IMG/VR virus record: IMGVR_UViG_3300027740_000003
Span: 64,001-128,000 of that record
Direction: 5' to 3' (one strand)
Source of the DNA: a virus
Lineage: Duplodnaviria > Caudoviricetes
Length of the DNA: 64,000 bases
Shown here: piece by piece, positions 1 through 11,452 of the stretch
Numbering within the stretch: position 1 is the stretch's first letter
How the letters are laid out: every line of letters begins with the position of its first letter
The notes under the pieces: generated by a model
What the model was told of the DNA's origin: nothing
Database searches by the model: none
Seen by the model: the letters and a program-made list of their open reading frames with translations, nothing else
Made by a program: the position numbers and the translations under genes

Positions 1-709
1 TATTCCCGGCAGAAATTCCTGCTCGATAAGCATCACCATTGACATTGCTTCTGCTTAACTGCTTGGTTTTAGAAGAAATTCTATTAACATATGCTGCAAC
101 ATCTTTGTCTCTATTATCAATAATAGCAAGGGCCGTAGTTGCATTGTCTAAAACAGCTTGTTGTTTTGCTTCAACGGCCGCTGCTTTAAGCCTTTGACAA
201 ATACTTGCAGTGCAACCAAGTTTAAAACTTGTTGCCCAGTTCTTTCCTTCTCCTCTGGCCAGATCTCCTGGATTATAAACCTTTGCAAGGTGTTCAATAG
301 TATCTCTAATTGAACAATAAAAAGCCCCACATAGAACAGCATCACTCTCTGTTCCAATTACTTCAAGGTGTTGAAGCCTTGCTCTCCTATAAGATCCAGG
401 TTTATATCCAAGGTTATCTGACGAAATCAACACACGACATCCGTTAATAACACAAATAGCATTAAGAAGAGCAATTTTCCATTGAGCAATCTTTTGCCCA
501 CTTTCTGGACCATTATTTTGTTTAATAACGTTATCCGTATTAATGCTATTTGCAGGATTATTTTCCACATCCACCAGTGAGACGCGATATTTGCTCATTA
601 GCATTTGAGCATGATGTGAGGCATTTGCTGCTTCGGCTTCTGTTCCAGCCCTTTCTGCCAAAAACAAAAGGTGTTTGATTTTATCAATAATAGAAGTCGT
701 GTCAGTCAT
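1..709 (-). CDS. DUF2786-type protein (partial, runs off the left edge; absent from the ORF track)
   Basis: Manual translation from ATG at 709: MTDTTSIIDKIKHLLFLAERAGTEAEAANASHHAQMLMSKY..., open to base 1, ending ...DAYRAGISAGN. The N-terminal 'DKIxxLLxLA...EAEA..A...A..LM.KY' pattern is typical of DUF2786. Confidence 0.75.
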   Translation of the reverse strand, partial: MTDTTSIIDKIKHLLFLAERAGTEAEAANASHHAQMLMSKYRVSLVDVENNPANSINTDNVIKQNNGPESGQKIAQWKIALLNAICVINGCRVLISSDNLGYKPGSYRRARLQHLEVIGTESDAVLCGAFYCSIRDTIEHLAKVYNPGDLARGEGKNWATSFKLGCTASICQRLKAAAVEAKQQAVLDNATTALAIIDNRDKDVAAYVNRISSKTKQLSRSNVNGDAYRAGISAGN

Positions 710-716
710 GAGATAC

Positions 717-744
717 AGTTTAACCACGGTGCGGGCCAGGTCAA
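717..744 (-). promoter_or_regulatory. sigma70-like promoter TTGACC-N16-TAAACT
   Basis: Read directly; the -10 box is 7 nt upstream of the ATG at 709, so the mRNA may be leaderless. Confidence 0.55.
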
Positions 745-749
745 GGGCG

Positions 750-1685
750 TCAGTTCATTTTTTTGTCGTTTTTAAAAATCCTATCAAGACCAAGTCTGTT
801 AATAACTTTTTGCAAATCATTATCGATACCAACAAAAGAAAACTTAGCTCCTTCGCCCAAGTAAGCTGTTTTTACATTTCGTTGTATGTCAATAATTTTT
901 GCAAGAGCTTTAAGCCAATCTTCTTGTGGACAAGCAATTCCTTGCGTAAAATCTAAAGTCGGAAATGACAATGTTTTATATTCTCTATATGACCATTCGT
1001 AAGATAGTGCAAAAGATAATATCAATTCGTTTGCTGGAACGATAATGTTAATTGGACCATTGTGATCCTTGGGCTGAAATGATCTTAAAAGACTTTGGGT
1101 CTTTACAAAAGGAAGACCATAATTCAACGCCATATTTTCTTCTTGTTGTAGACGTCTTACTAAATCAGAGTGGTATTCAAATATTCGCAATTGATCTTCT
1201 TGATCCTTTGCAAAATATGCATTAATTGCACCGGCTAATTCGTTTGCCCTTTCATAACCAATGCATACGCTGAAATTTCTAGATCCTTTTCGGAAGCCGG
1301 GAAATACCCAAGATTTATCAAACCCCTCAAAATAACATGGGCTCAAATAAAAACTTGTACCGGCCGTAATGCCAAACAGATCGTGTTCAATATTGTCTGC
1401 ACATTCGAAACTAATCTTTACATCATGGAAATTATCCCTAAGATATATTGTTCCTGCTCTGCCAGAAACCCTAATCACTGGTAGTCTAATACTTTTGCTG
1501 GTATGAGAACTAACCACTTCAATTTCATCGTCCTCTCCGGCCCAAGCTTTAGCAAAAGAAACCATTCCTGGAAAAGATTTCTCGGCCGCTCCTTTCCAAC
1601 ACATTTCTTCGCGGACTGGATTTTCTTGCACCCATTGTTCTAAATTCATTATTACTCGTCCTCTTCTTCGTAATCCTCGTGCCAA
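750..1685 (-). CDS. Hypothetical protein with a STAS-like C-terminal segment
   Basis: 311-aa ORF (true start probably MNLEQ). C-terminus FSFVGIDNDLQKVINRLGLDRIF resembles the end of STAS/anti-sigma-antagonist domains. Confidence 0.4.
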   Translation of the reverse strand: MARGLRRRGRVIMNLEQWVQENPVREEMCWKGAAEKSFPGMVSFAKAWAGEDDEIEVVSSHTSKSIRLPVIRVSGRAGTIYLRDNFHDVKISFECADNIEHDLFGITAGTSFYLSPCYFEGFDKSWVFPGFRKGSRNFSVCIGYERANELAGAINAYFAKDQEDQLRIFEYHSDLVRRLQQEENMALNYGLPFVKTQSLLRSFQPKDHNGPINIIVPANELILSFALSYEWSYREYKTLSFPTLDFTQGIACPQEDWLKALAKIIDIQRNVKTAYLGEGAKFSFVGIDNDLQKVINRLGLDRIFKNDKKMN

Positions 1686-1997
1686 ATGATCTTTATTTCT
1701 TTTGGAATAAAGTTCTTTTCTGAATACCAGGTCCTAACTTCCACTTTATAATTTAACGGTTCTTCTTCAAGATATGCAACAATTCGTTTGCCATGACAAC
1801 TGCGTTTAATTTCGTAATAAACAAATTCCATACCAAGGTCAGATAGGTCTAAAATCTTTTTTTTAATATGAATTAACTCGTCTTCAAAAGACACGCCTTT
1901 TAATTTATAAGTGTTGGCAATTTCTCTTGCTCGTTCTGCTGATGGCAATTTGGGCAGCTTTTCTTTTTTCCAAAAATTAAACATAGTTTATTCCTAA

Positions 1998-2348
1998 TTA
2001 TGGAGCTTTCATCTTTCCAACATCCCACACTCCCCATTCTTTTGGAGCAATGGTATAATAAACTCTCTTAACCCCCTTAGCCCGAATCAGGGCTTGACAA
2101 CGGGGACAAGGCTTGGCGCTGGCCCAGGTGCCGTCTCGCAACACCCTGGCAACATAAAGAGTACAACCAGTGTCAGCCTTTCTAAGACTCCTTGCCTCAG
2201 CATGGGCCGCGGGCTGTGGTTCTTTGGTCAGCGCATTGTTGGAACTAACAAGGGCCCCGTCACGCCTTTGAATAACAGAAGCAAGACGGTAGTTCCTCTT
2301 CTGGTCCCCTCCCGCAGCAATCCTTGCAGCAATCTCAAGCAGCCTCAT
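1998..2348 (-). CDS. Zn-dependent cytidine/dCMP deaminase-superfamily protein
   Basis: HAE motif (AAHAEARSL) and PCxxC motif (KPCPRCQ). Confidence 0.85.
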   Translation of the reverse strand: MRLLEIAARIAAGGDQKRNYRLASVIQRRDGALVSSNNALTKEPQPAAHAEARSLRKADTGCTLYVARVLRDGTWASAKPCPRCQALIRAKGVKRVYYTIAPKEWGVWDVGKMKAP

Positions 2349-2362
2349 AACTCCTCGCAGAC

Positions 2363-2390
2363 AACATAACTACGAAAGGCCGCCTGTCAA
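2363..2390 (-). promoter_or_regulatory. sigma70-like promoter TTGACA-N16-TATGTT
   Basis: Read directly, upstream of the deaminase ATG, which has a GAGGAG SD. Confidence 0.65.
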
Positions 2391-2754
2391 CCCTCGCCGT
2401 TTTAATATTTGGCAAATGTTTTTTGAATTTTAATTATGGCGTTAGGCCATATATTATTTATTCTATCAATCTCTTCAGCAATTACTTTTACTTCTCTAAG
2501 TTTCTGATATCCTTCCACAACTGCTTTAATCGGTACAGATGCTACCGGAATATCCCCCAAATAAGCATTAACATAAGCTACAACCTCAGTGTATCTTCTA
2601 GTATAAATTTCGTTCCAAACAATATTACCTTCGCTTTCGGTAAGCAATTTAAGTACAGCTATTGGCTTATTTTTTCCGGCAAGTTTATATGCTGAAGCAA
2701 GATTGTTCGCCTCGAACATATAAATCTTGCCATCAATATAAGTTGCCTCGAACA

Positions 2755-3744
2755 TCATTGATCTAATAGCCTTAACTCATCAAAGATAACATAATTTGTT
2801 CCAACACAAGTATAATTTATAGCAGACAAAACAATTTTATTAAACATAACAGTTTGTGTAAAAGAAATCTGTTGACAACCATCAGCAGAAAGCTCAATAA
2901 AATCATCCGTTAACAGGTTCTGCTCCCAATATTCTCCAATGCTTTCCGGAGTATAGAAAAAGTTTCTAATAGCTAAACTGTCATCATTATACAGATCAAA
3001 ACTTACAGAGGAAAAGTTGTAAAAAGAAGGCTCGGGAGAAGTAATCCTAGAAGCATCAAGAGCAAAACACAGCTCTATACTATCAGAAGACATGGTTTGA
3101 TTAAACAAATATTCTTTGTAATTATAGATCGTACCACAGGCCGATTCTGTTTCACCAATGGCAGAAAATTGAATTATTTCACCATCCGAATTACAGGAAA
3201 CAATTGGGTTGCTTCCTTCGTTGGTATTAAGAATCCATCCGTCCAAAGAACTCATATCATCAACAACAGTATATTGATTTGTATCAGTAGCAGAACCGGC
3301 TGTATTAATCAATCCGGCAGAACCAGCAATATAAATAGAACCAGCGGCGCCTGCATAATCAAAAGATACAGAGCCGGCTAATTCAGCAGAAAATTTCCCT
3401 CCTCCAACACCACCAGTAGATTTAACCAGATGAATGTCTTCATCAATATAAGACGAAGTGGTTCCAGAGCTTCCGCCATTAGGGACAGATGGAGAACCAG
3501 AATTTTCTACAACAACTGTTCCTCCAGTATAATTTGAACCACCATTGTCAATATTAACTGTTCCTGAGGAACCGCTCTGAGCTACATTATAAATAGCCTC
3601 ACCAGAAGACCCGGCATACGTTGCTTCTCCACCATTATCTGCTGTTCCACCATTATCAGAATGGCTGATAGTAGTTAGTCCTGTTCCGGAAATTTGTCCA
3701 CAAGATAAACATAAAACAAAAGCTGCAATATAACAATTTCTCAT
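2755..3744 (-). CDS. Putative lipoprotein with Gly/Ser-rich linker
   Basis: Short hydrophobic N-terminus ending in lipobox-like LCLSC; GGSS/AGSSG/AGSAG low-complexity region followed by a globular C-terminal domain. Confidence 0.55.
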   Translation of the reverse strand: MRNCYIAAFVLCLSCGQISGTGLTTISHSDNGGTADNGGEATYAGSSGEAIYNVAQSGSSGTVNIDNGGSNYTGGTVVVENSGSPSVPNGGSSGTTSSYIDEDIHLVKSTGGVGGGKFSAELAGSVSFDYAGAAGSIYIAGSAGLINTAGSATDTNQYTVVDDMSSLDGWILNTNEGSNPIVSCNSDGEIIQFSAIGETESACGTIYNYKEYLFNQTMSSDSIELCFALDASRITSPEPSFYNFSSVSFDLYNDDSLAIRNFFYTPESIGEYWEQNLLTDDFIELSADGCQQISFTQTVMFNKIVLSAINYTCVGTNYVIFDELRLLDQ

Positions 3745-4005
3745 TTTTATTTTCTCGCTGGTGAACTGCTTGGAGGTTTTGATATCCTAACAGGACTCAT
3801 TCGAATGAATTTAATTTCATATTTTGAACAATACTTCTTAAAATCAGTTTCGTTGGTTTCTGGAACATCAATATCCCAATCGAAAGTTTTATCTGATAAA
3901 GATGAATATCTGTTTTTGACAGTAGCATCAAATGCATAAACAACAGTTTGAATTTTCTCAGATAATGCTTTAACGTTATACTTTACCATTTAATTAAACC
4001 TTTCG

Positions 4006-4119
4006 GGCTAAGTGTAGGATTTGAACCTACGTCTCCAAGATCCCTCTTGGGCTTTTCCAGATGCTATTCTTCTATTTCCTGGCGCAATAAAATTGTAGCA
4101 CACCTAAGCTAACTTAGCC
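4006..4119 (-). ncRNA. tRNA-like RNA with ~50-nt insertion in the D-loop and aberrant anticodon loop
   Basis: Perfect acceptor stem GCTAAGT/ACTTAGC (plus G-1:C73), T arm GTAGG-TTCAAAT-CCTAC, D stem GCTT/AAGC enclosing a long insert, arm CCAAG-AGGGAT-CTTGG. Confidence 0.55.
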
Positions 4120-4830
4120 AAATATTATTCTTCGTAAGTAAGTTTATATTCTGTCTGTGGAGGAAACTCTTCAATCCAGTGATGTGGCTCAATGTCTTTA
4201 AGCTCATACGATTTGCTAGTTGTTGTATCAATAACAACTAGGTTGGTATTGCAGCCACCAAATTCAATACGCAGCCCTAGCTCGTCTGCTTTACAACAAA
4301 GCTCATCAAATTTTTTAAAGAACGGACTCTCTTCCAATAAGCGAAATGTAGGCATTTTATGTTCTCGTCCTTAGCTAACTTAACCAAGATTTAGAAATTT
4401 ATTTATTCGTTATTAGTTGTCGTGGCGTTCTTGGGCATTTTTGCTTTGGCAATAATTTTTGCAATTCCCACAATGCTTCTTTGGAACTGGTTGCTTCCGG
4501 CTATTTTTGGAATTAAAGAAATTGGATTGCTTCAGGCGGCTGGAATTAATTTGCTTTGTGGAATTCTTTTCAAGGACACCACGACAACTGCTCCCAAAAT
4601 AACAACCAACTTATCCATTTGTTTCTCCTTCTTTCATCCAACGGTCAGCACAACATAAGACCTATCGGCCCCGCGTCAAGGGCTTACCGCCTATAGAAGC
4701 ATCTTCTTTCACGGGATTTTGATTAGAATACACAATTAGGTTAAGAGGCCCGGCACTATGAACACATTTGTATTTTGCCGCAATGTAATTGTCGGTTTTC
4801 CACTTGCCAATAAAAATTATAGATTTAACT

Positions 4831-5142
4831 TTATTGTCCTCCACAAACCCTCTTCCAGCTTTTTAGAAAGCTATGTATGTTTAGTTTTCCAATTGGATTA
4901 GCAGAATGAACATCATATTCTGGTACTGGTCCATCAGGATATTTTTCTACCAACCATTTAAGAAAATCCATTGTTGTTTCGTTTTTACCAAGGTCATGAT
5001 CTAAATCCATAAACTCTGGCAAACCAAGAACATTAATAAAACTTTTAGCCTCTGCAATAGAAGTTGCCGGAAGAAATCCATCAGGAGCCTCCCGTTCTTT
5101 TACTTCAAAAGACTGATCGTCTAACCAAAGTTTCCAGGACAT
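4831..5142 (-). CDS. Cyclic-phosphate-processing receiver-like domain protein
   Basis: KLWLDD, LDHDLG and VHSANPIG motifs characteristic of this receiver-like family. Confidence 0.7.
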   Translation of the reverse strand: MSWKLWLDDQSFEVKEREAPDGFLPATSIAEAKSFINVLGLPEFMDLDHDLGKNETTMDFLKWLVEKYPDGPVPEYDVHSANPIGKLNIHSFLKSWKRVCGGQ

Positions 5143-6465
5143 ATGTTAAAACAATGTAAATAGAAATACAATACCACCAAAACAACCAAGCAACATTAAC
5201 ACGAATACAAAACAACCAACGCTTCCAACAATAGCATTAGTAATACATTGTGTGGTTGGATTTGTTCCTTCTAATTCTAAGGAATTAAAATACTTTAAAG
5301 CCCTGCTTGTGTCATCAAATTTAAACAGCCCGTAAAAAACAGACCTAAATTGATCTTTGTCTACACAAGGATTGTGTAGATCATACCAATCACAAATACC
5401 TTCTAAATCTTTTGCTTTAATCAAATCACGAGCAACTTCAATATCAAGGCTGGTTATTCTTGCCATTTGTTTTAATCCTTCTGTTCAAAAGAATTTTTCT
5501 AGCCAGCTGAAGAAGTTCTACTGGAATGTTGCTCCCAGCAATGTTGAACTCATATTTGGCTTCTTCAGCAAGTTCAACGACATTATAGCCGTCCAACCCA
5601 GAAGTATCTTCCATGAATTTTTTAATTCTATCTACTCTGTCCATCACTCTTTTCCATATTTAGATTAGATCCAAAAATCCACCATGCAAAAGACAATCCA
5701 AAACATATTGTCTGCGGGCTCCGGCAGTTTGTTTACGAAGATTTTCTCTTTCATCATCTGATAGAGAAGAAGTAGACTCCAAATGATCTAGGTATCCAGC
5801 CTTTTTTAAGCCTTCACGCATACTGTACCAATCAATTGGCACAGAACATTTCTTAGCAATATTTGCCAATGCGCCATACCAAGTTCCAGGCAATCCTAAA
5901 TTGGTCCAGGCGTCCAAAATGTCTTGATCTGATTGTTTTGCAATGTTCTTAAGCCAAGTAAGAACAATAATCTCGTCCGGAGCAAATGTATTCATTGCCA
6001 TAATTAATTTCCTTTCTTAAATAATCCATTTGGGTTCTTTTCCTAGAATCCACATTCCTTTGTCATCACAAATTTGAAGCCCAGAATTAAGTCTTTGCCA
6101 TATAATATCTTTGTCTGTTTTGAAACTCCAACCATTTGGAGCATTTCCCATCTCAGCATACCAGTTTTTGATGTAATTAGTAATTTCTTCAGAAGTTTTT
6201 GCGGGGCAAACACCACAATTCATCAAAGAACAGTTCCCACCAAATGGTTCTGTTGTAAACATTACATCATAAATATACCAACCCGAATGATTATTTCTAA
6301 CTACTTCTAGTTCAAAACTTCGTACAATAACATTAAAACCAGAACAGTCGTTAATTAAATCTCCCTTAGATAAATTCAGAGCCCATTGTAGAATGTCTCT
6401 CTGAGACTTTGGTACAGATTTTAGAAAAGCAAGCCTGTTATAATTGTGATATAACCTATGGGGTT

Positions 6466-6954
6466 TCATTTAATTTCTGTTTCGCAATTGATGTCAATAA
6501 ATTTTTGCGATAATTCTTCGGCCGCTTGTTTTGATATTTGATATCCAATAATCACTGGAAGTGAATTTAGATGTTTAACAGCTTCGGCCACTGTAATATC
6601 AACAAGTTCTCTAAGAAGTTTTGCTGTTTTTATTTTATCAACGAAAGATATTAGATAACAATTATAAAATTGTTCATTGTCATTTTCGAATGGCATTGCA
6701 TAGGCACTTGGCCCATTAAATATGTATGAATCATCATCGTCATTTGCTCGATCTAAAAATTCATCGTACCACATGGTTAAACTATAATCTGTCTCGTCGT
6801 TAATGATAGAATCGAAAACAATACCCTCATCATTCAAAGTATAATGACGTTGGCAAATATCTCCATCAATTTCGCCATCCTCAAAAATAACCTTCACCGA
6901 ATCTGCCGAAGCAATCTCGGTATAATTCTCACCTTTGAATACTAATACTTTCAT
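6466..6954 (-). CDS. Protein with C-terminal ribosomal bL12 (L7/L12) CTD-like domain
   Basis: DKIKTAKLLRELVDITVAEAVKHLNSLPVIIGYQISKQAAEELSQKFIDINCETEIK aligns by eye along the full bL12 CTD. Confidence 0.65.
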   Translation of the reverse strand: MKVLVFKGENYTEIASADSVKVIFEDGEIDGDICQRHYTLNDEGIVFDSIINDETDYSLTMWYDEFLDRANDDDDSYIFNGPSAYAMPFENDNEQFYNCYLISFVDKIKTAKLLRELVDITVAEAVKHLNSLPVIIGYQISKQAAEELSQKFIDINCETEIK

Positions 6955-8548
6955 TGCTTCTCCTATGAGTTTGGTGCAATTACGGTTTGAATTGCGGCCC
7001 CAGCAATCTTTGCCATTGTTTTAACAACATCTTCATCAGATTTGGCAAAAAAGAAATACCACTCGTTGTCTCTTACCTCAAATGCATAACAAATAACTTG
7101 TGAAGAATTACAGTTATTACAAAAGAAATAGAAATCCCAGTTGGCAATAAAACCCAAACTATTTATCATATCCTCCATTCCGCAACCTAGTTTGTTAGAA
7201 CAAACCGATCCATGACAAAATTGAGCCAATCCATTTTTGCTACCATTATCCTTGTGAAGGATATCACATAGCGAATCATATAGCTTTTCTGCTTTTAAAA
7301 AGCAGTAAAAAGCATCACTAACAGATCCTGTTTTTGGAAATACAAATTTCATTACTTTTATTCCTTTCCTGCTTCTACACAATCGGCTCTCATTTTACAA
7401 ATAATTCTGCCGTTCTTAACAGTTCCAAAACTTACGCCAGGAATCATACAAAGAGATTCAAGAAAACCAACTGTGTTGTCCAGCGAAAATGCTGGGCCAT
7501 AAACACACCACCTATTAAATAAATAAGTGTCGGCCATCTTGGCATCATAAACAACCGTTCCGTCTGAACAATTCTCTAGAAACTCTCTGATTGGTTTTAG
7601 ATTAATCACTAAAGGCTTCTCGCCATCATACCCATCAAGATGCCATTGGCCTTTTCCCCGGCCCAGAATAGCTTTGGTTAACATAATTTATTTTGACCAA
7701 CCTTCCCAGTTTTCCCTATCTTTTACAAGATAGTCTGTACAGGTTTTGCAAGCATTGTCGTTGTATGGCCGTTTTAGTTTACCACATATGAAACATATAG
7801 AATTTTCATATAGCTCAAAAACTTTGAAAGCCAAAACAAAAGAATAAGCAAAGAGAAAAATGGCCAGTATTAAAATTACTATAAGTAGTAGTAAATTTGC
7901 CATAAGTCCCATTACAGACCACATATTATTTTCCAACACTCCTTCTTTTTACACAAAACTCACAATTGCAGCATTCGCCATTACATTTAATGTTTCCACA
8001 TGTTTCACATGGTTCAGGATCCGGTTCACATAAATCACAGTAAACATCACATCCTTCTAGTTCTTTTTCAAGAACAGGATTAACACAAATATCTGCATTG
8101 CATTTAATGCACTTCATTCTTCCTCTTCAATAAATTCTCCGCAATCATCAATAACACCGTTATCAACAAGAAATTGCTTTAGAGAACCTCCAGTGCCAAA
8201 GTATTCCTCGGCTTTAATGCCAGTCTCAAGGCTGGCCAGCCAATATGCTCTGGCACGATTATATTCATTAGAAGAAGCATTGACTCTAAAAATATCTGTT
8301 AGTTTACTATAATCAGCGCACATTCTATCATAGATATCAGATAGATCTCTTCGGTCCTGTTGTCGCATAATGTCCTCCGGTGGTTCAGGCTCCAATGTAG
8401 CCACTCACTGGCCAGAGTCAAGGCTCCGCGTCAATTTTAGCATGAATGACGTGGGGCCAATCTAAAAACCCCCTCATTAAAGAAATCACGAATCTTTCTA
8501 GCATAATAGCCCTAGTTCTTAATCAGAATAAACTTCTACTTATAATTA

Positions 8549-9076
8549 TTAGGGCTTCATAGTTTTGGCCATATCAACCAGATCTAAAATCGCACTATAT
8601 TCTGGATTAATTAGATGCTGTATGGAGGCGTCAATATTAAAAATCATAATAATAGAAACAAGAACAGCTGCAATTGCAGGCAATATTCTACAGCAAACAA
8701 TCCAGGCATCATCATCATAATCTGGTTTTTTATACCATTTATTAATGGTACGATAGTACATATAAGTCAAAAGGAAAAACATTAAAGAAACAAAAATGTT
8801 TTTCATTGCTTTAACATACTGTTGTAAAATCAAAATGCGCCACACCTCGGGAGCAACTTTTTTAACAGTGTCCCCAACAACAGAAGCACTATCCCTAATA
8901 ATAGAGAATGTTTCTGATACTGTCTTGTCTGCTACTCCAGCAAATGTTGAAGCCGTTGCAACACTAGAAACAGGCGCTGGGGCAGCCACGGCACTGGCAG
9001 ATGTTGCTTGAGCAAATGCCATATTGGCACAGAAAAACATCGTTAAAATGGATCCTAGAAACATATTCTTCTTCAT
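8549..9076 (-). CDS. Secreted/membrane protein
   Basis: Signal-peptide-like N-terminus (…ANMAFA|Q), Ala/Ser-rich linker and two hydrophobic segments. Confidence 0.55.
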   Translation of the reverse strand: MKKNMFLGSILTMFFCANMAFAQATSASAVAAPAPVSSVATASTFAGVADKTVSETFSIIRDSASVVGDTVKKVAPEVWRILILQQYVKAMKNIFVSLMFFLLTYMYYRTINKWYKKPDYDDDAWIVCCRILPAIAAVLVSIIMIFNIDASIQHLINPEYSAILDLVDMAKTMKP

Positions 9077-10226
9077 TTTATTTTACTTTTAATCATGATC
9101 ATGATCATGATCATTGCAATTACAACTACGATTACCGAACTTAACTCTTAGCCAACACAAACATGGCGAAAGAAAAGTCAACGCAAACACAATCCACATT
9201 GGCGCATCATGAATTGGATTTCCACAACAGTGCATAATCAGACCCTTTCCTCTAAGGAAATTGAAGGAACAACTACCCACGGCCCACTATTAGATCCTTG
9301 ATGTTGGTTTCCCCACCGAATAAAATACTTGTCAGAATTATACATTTCCATTTTTTTAAGAAACGAACGGAATTCTTTTGAATCAACAGAAATTTTCGAC
9401 TCAAAAGAACGCCAATTTTCTTTTATATAACAGTGGCCAAAAGAATTTCTGGCCCATTCAATAATGTTTGGATAACAAACCGTCATCCAATTAAACTCAT
9501 CATAAATACTATTGTGGATAACAAGAACGACATTAGTTATCATTTGTTAATCCTTTAGTTCAATCGTTTGAATTGAATAATCCAAGTAATAACCTGTTAC
9601 TCTAGAGTGTCCGTCTGAATCAAATTCAGAAATTACCTGCTTTAAAATATTTATTGATATAGACCATTTGATATCATAGCTACGTTTGTTATTTGTATTT
9701 ACAACAATATCTGGAAAACTATTACTGTATTTCTTAACAGCAGAAATAATCCTCTCCAAGAATTCTTCTGCACTATTCAGTGTCTCAAAAGCAACTACGT
9801 TCCATTCCTGGTTAAATTCGTATCCATCATAATTTTCCGCCTTGACAATATATATCTTTTTCACCACGGATTGTTTTCCCATAGTTTTATGACCTCCTCT
9901 AAAGAATCACATTGCTTCGGCAATGGCCTGTCATCTTTAACCTCAGAACACTTAATGACACGTTCAAAATCTTTCGGATTTCTTGTGGCAAATTCTATTT
10001 CATACTTAGCTTTTTCATCACTACAACCGGCTAGTGTTGCTCCAATAAATTTTAACTCGAACCGATCTGGCATATCACACCAAGTTAGTTTATTGTTCCT
10101 ATCAAATACATAGGTAATAATAATTCTGCCACCGTTCAAGCTAGATACAAAATCAGGTTCCCAATTCTCTGTATCATCAATCTTTACATAACGAAAATCA
10201 CTGGCCATAGCTTGCCTTCACAGCCC

Positions 10227-10254
10227 ATCATAACCACCAGACCCGCAGTGTCAA
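10227..10254 (-). promoter_or_regulatory. sigma70-like promoter TTGACA-N16-TATGAT
   Basis: Read directly, upstream of ORF 9861-10208. Confidence 0.65.
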
Positions 10255-10507
10255 CCCGGCCCGATTTCCTCAATCAGCGTCTTTAGTGCTCTTAATTGCC
10301 TTTCTAAATTCGCTTGCTCTTCCTTGGCCAGAGGCAGCAACGCCAAGCTAGCAGCCTTTGTTGAGGTAAATTTTCCAACTTCAGTTTTGTCTGGCCCGTG
10401 TCCATCATACAATGTATAATTTCCATTCAGATGATTTAATAATGAAAATGTTTTAGAACCAACATTAACTATGCTGGTTTTGCAACCGCAATCGCAATAT
10501 GTCCACT

Positions 10508-11452
10508 TCATAAAGCATCTACTTTCTCGTTAAATCTACATTTGAAATCCATACAATATTTTTTGCAAATAGGATCTTCGTAAGAATCATGCTTTTCAAA
10601 CCAAGCATATCTTTCAGCTTCATTGTTAGAATTAAATTCACCAATAGGAGAACCACCTTCTCTAGCATAAACAGCACAAGGAAAATAATACTTACCAGCA
10701 ATCGTTATGTCATCTTTAACCAGATGACACTTGTGAGATAGCCCGAGACTAGAACCTCTCATATTTTTGCCAGCATTAAAATTGTCTACTCTAAATTTTA
10801 GAATAGGATGCTTAGACAAAATATCATCCGGAATATCTAGCTCCAGAACTTTATTATACTTTGTTGCAGTCATTAACCGAATATCATCAACTCCAAGATC
10901 AGAAACAAATTTAATAATATCCTGATAAAAACCTATATTATCATCGTTTAACACGACACCAACATTAGTATAAACTAACGAAGATATTTCTTTAATGTTA
11001 TTAACAACTGTATCGAAAACATTGTCTACTAATGTGAACTGTCGATTAAGTTGTTTTTTATGAACATCAAGAGATATAGAAAATAATTCTATTCCGGAAT
11101 CAACCAAAAAAGTATAGTATGAAAGCGGTTTAGATCCATTAGTTGAAATGCCTGCTCTCATACCGTGAGATTTAATCTCATTGATTATTTCTGGCAAATC
11201 TTTTCTTGTGGAAGGTTCTCCGCCAGTTAAATGAACATATTTGCACTGCTCCCAAGACAACAGTGTAATTATGTTTTTCGCCTGATTATAGGTGGGGTCT
11301 ATAGCAAGCTCCCCTTTTAGAGGATTGCAATATGGACATTTAAAATTACAATGCGAAGTAATTATCCATTCACAATATGAAATCCTGCCGGGAGCAATTG
11401 TTTTTGCCCGCTCTTCAATTACTTCTAGAAACCCTATGTCCTCAAGTTTCAT
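10508..11452 (-). CDS. Radical SAM enzyme
   Basis: CxxxCxxC motif (CNFKCPYC), TGGEP, STNG, SLD, extra C-terminal cysteines. Confidence 0.9.
   Translation of the reverse strand: MKLEDIGFLEVIEERAKTIAPGRISYCEWIITSHCNFKCPYCNPLKGELAIDPTYNQAKNIITLLSWEQCKYVHLTGGEPSTRKDLPEIINEIKSHGMRAGISTNGSKPLSYYTFLVDSGIELFSISLDVHKKQLNRQFTLVDNVFDTVVNNIKEISSLVYTNVGVVLNDDNIGFYQDIIKFVSDLGVDDIRLMTATKYNKVLELDIPDDILSKHPILKFRVDNFNAGKNMRGSSLGLSHKCHLVKDDITIAGKYYFPCAVYAREGGSPIGEFNSNNEAERYAWFEKHDSYEDPICKKYCMDFKCRFNEKVDAL

Noticed and set aside
10508-11452. Prokaryotic viperin
   Set aside because: It has CNFKCPYC, but I do not see the viperin-type N-x-H preceding motif; left as a generic radical SAM.
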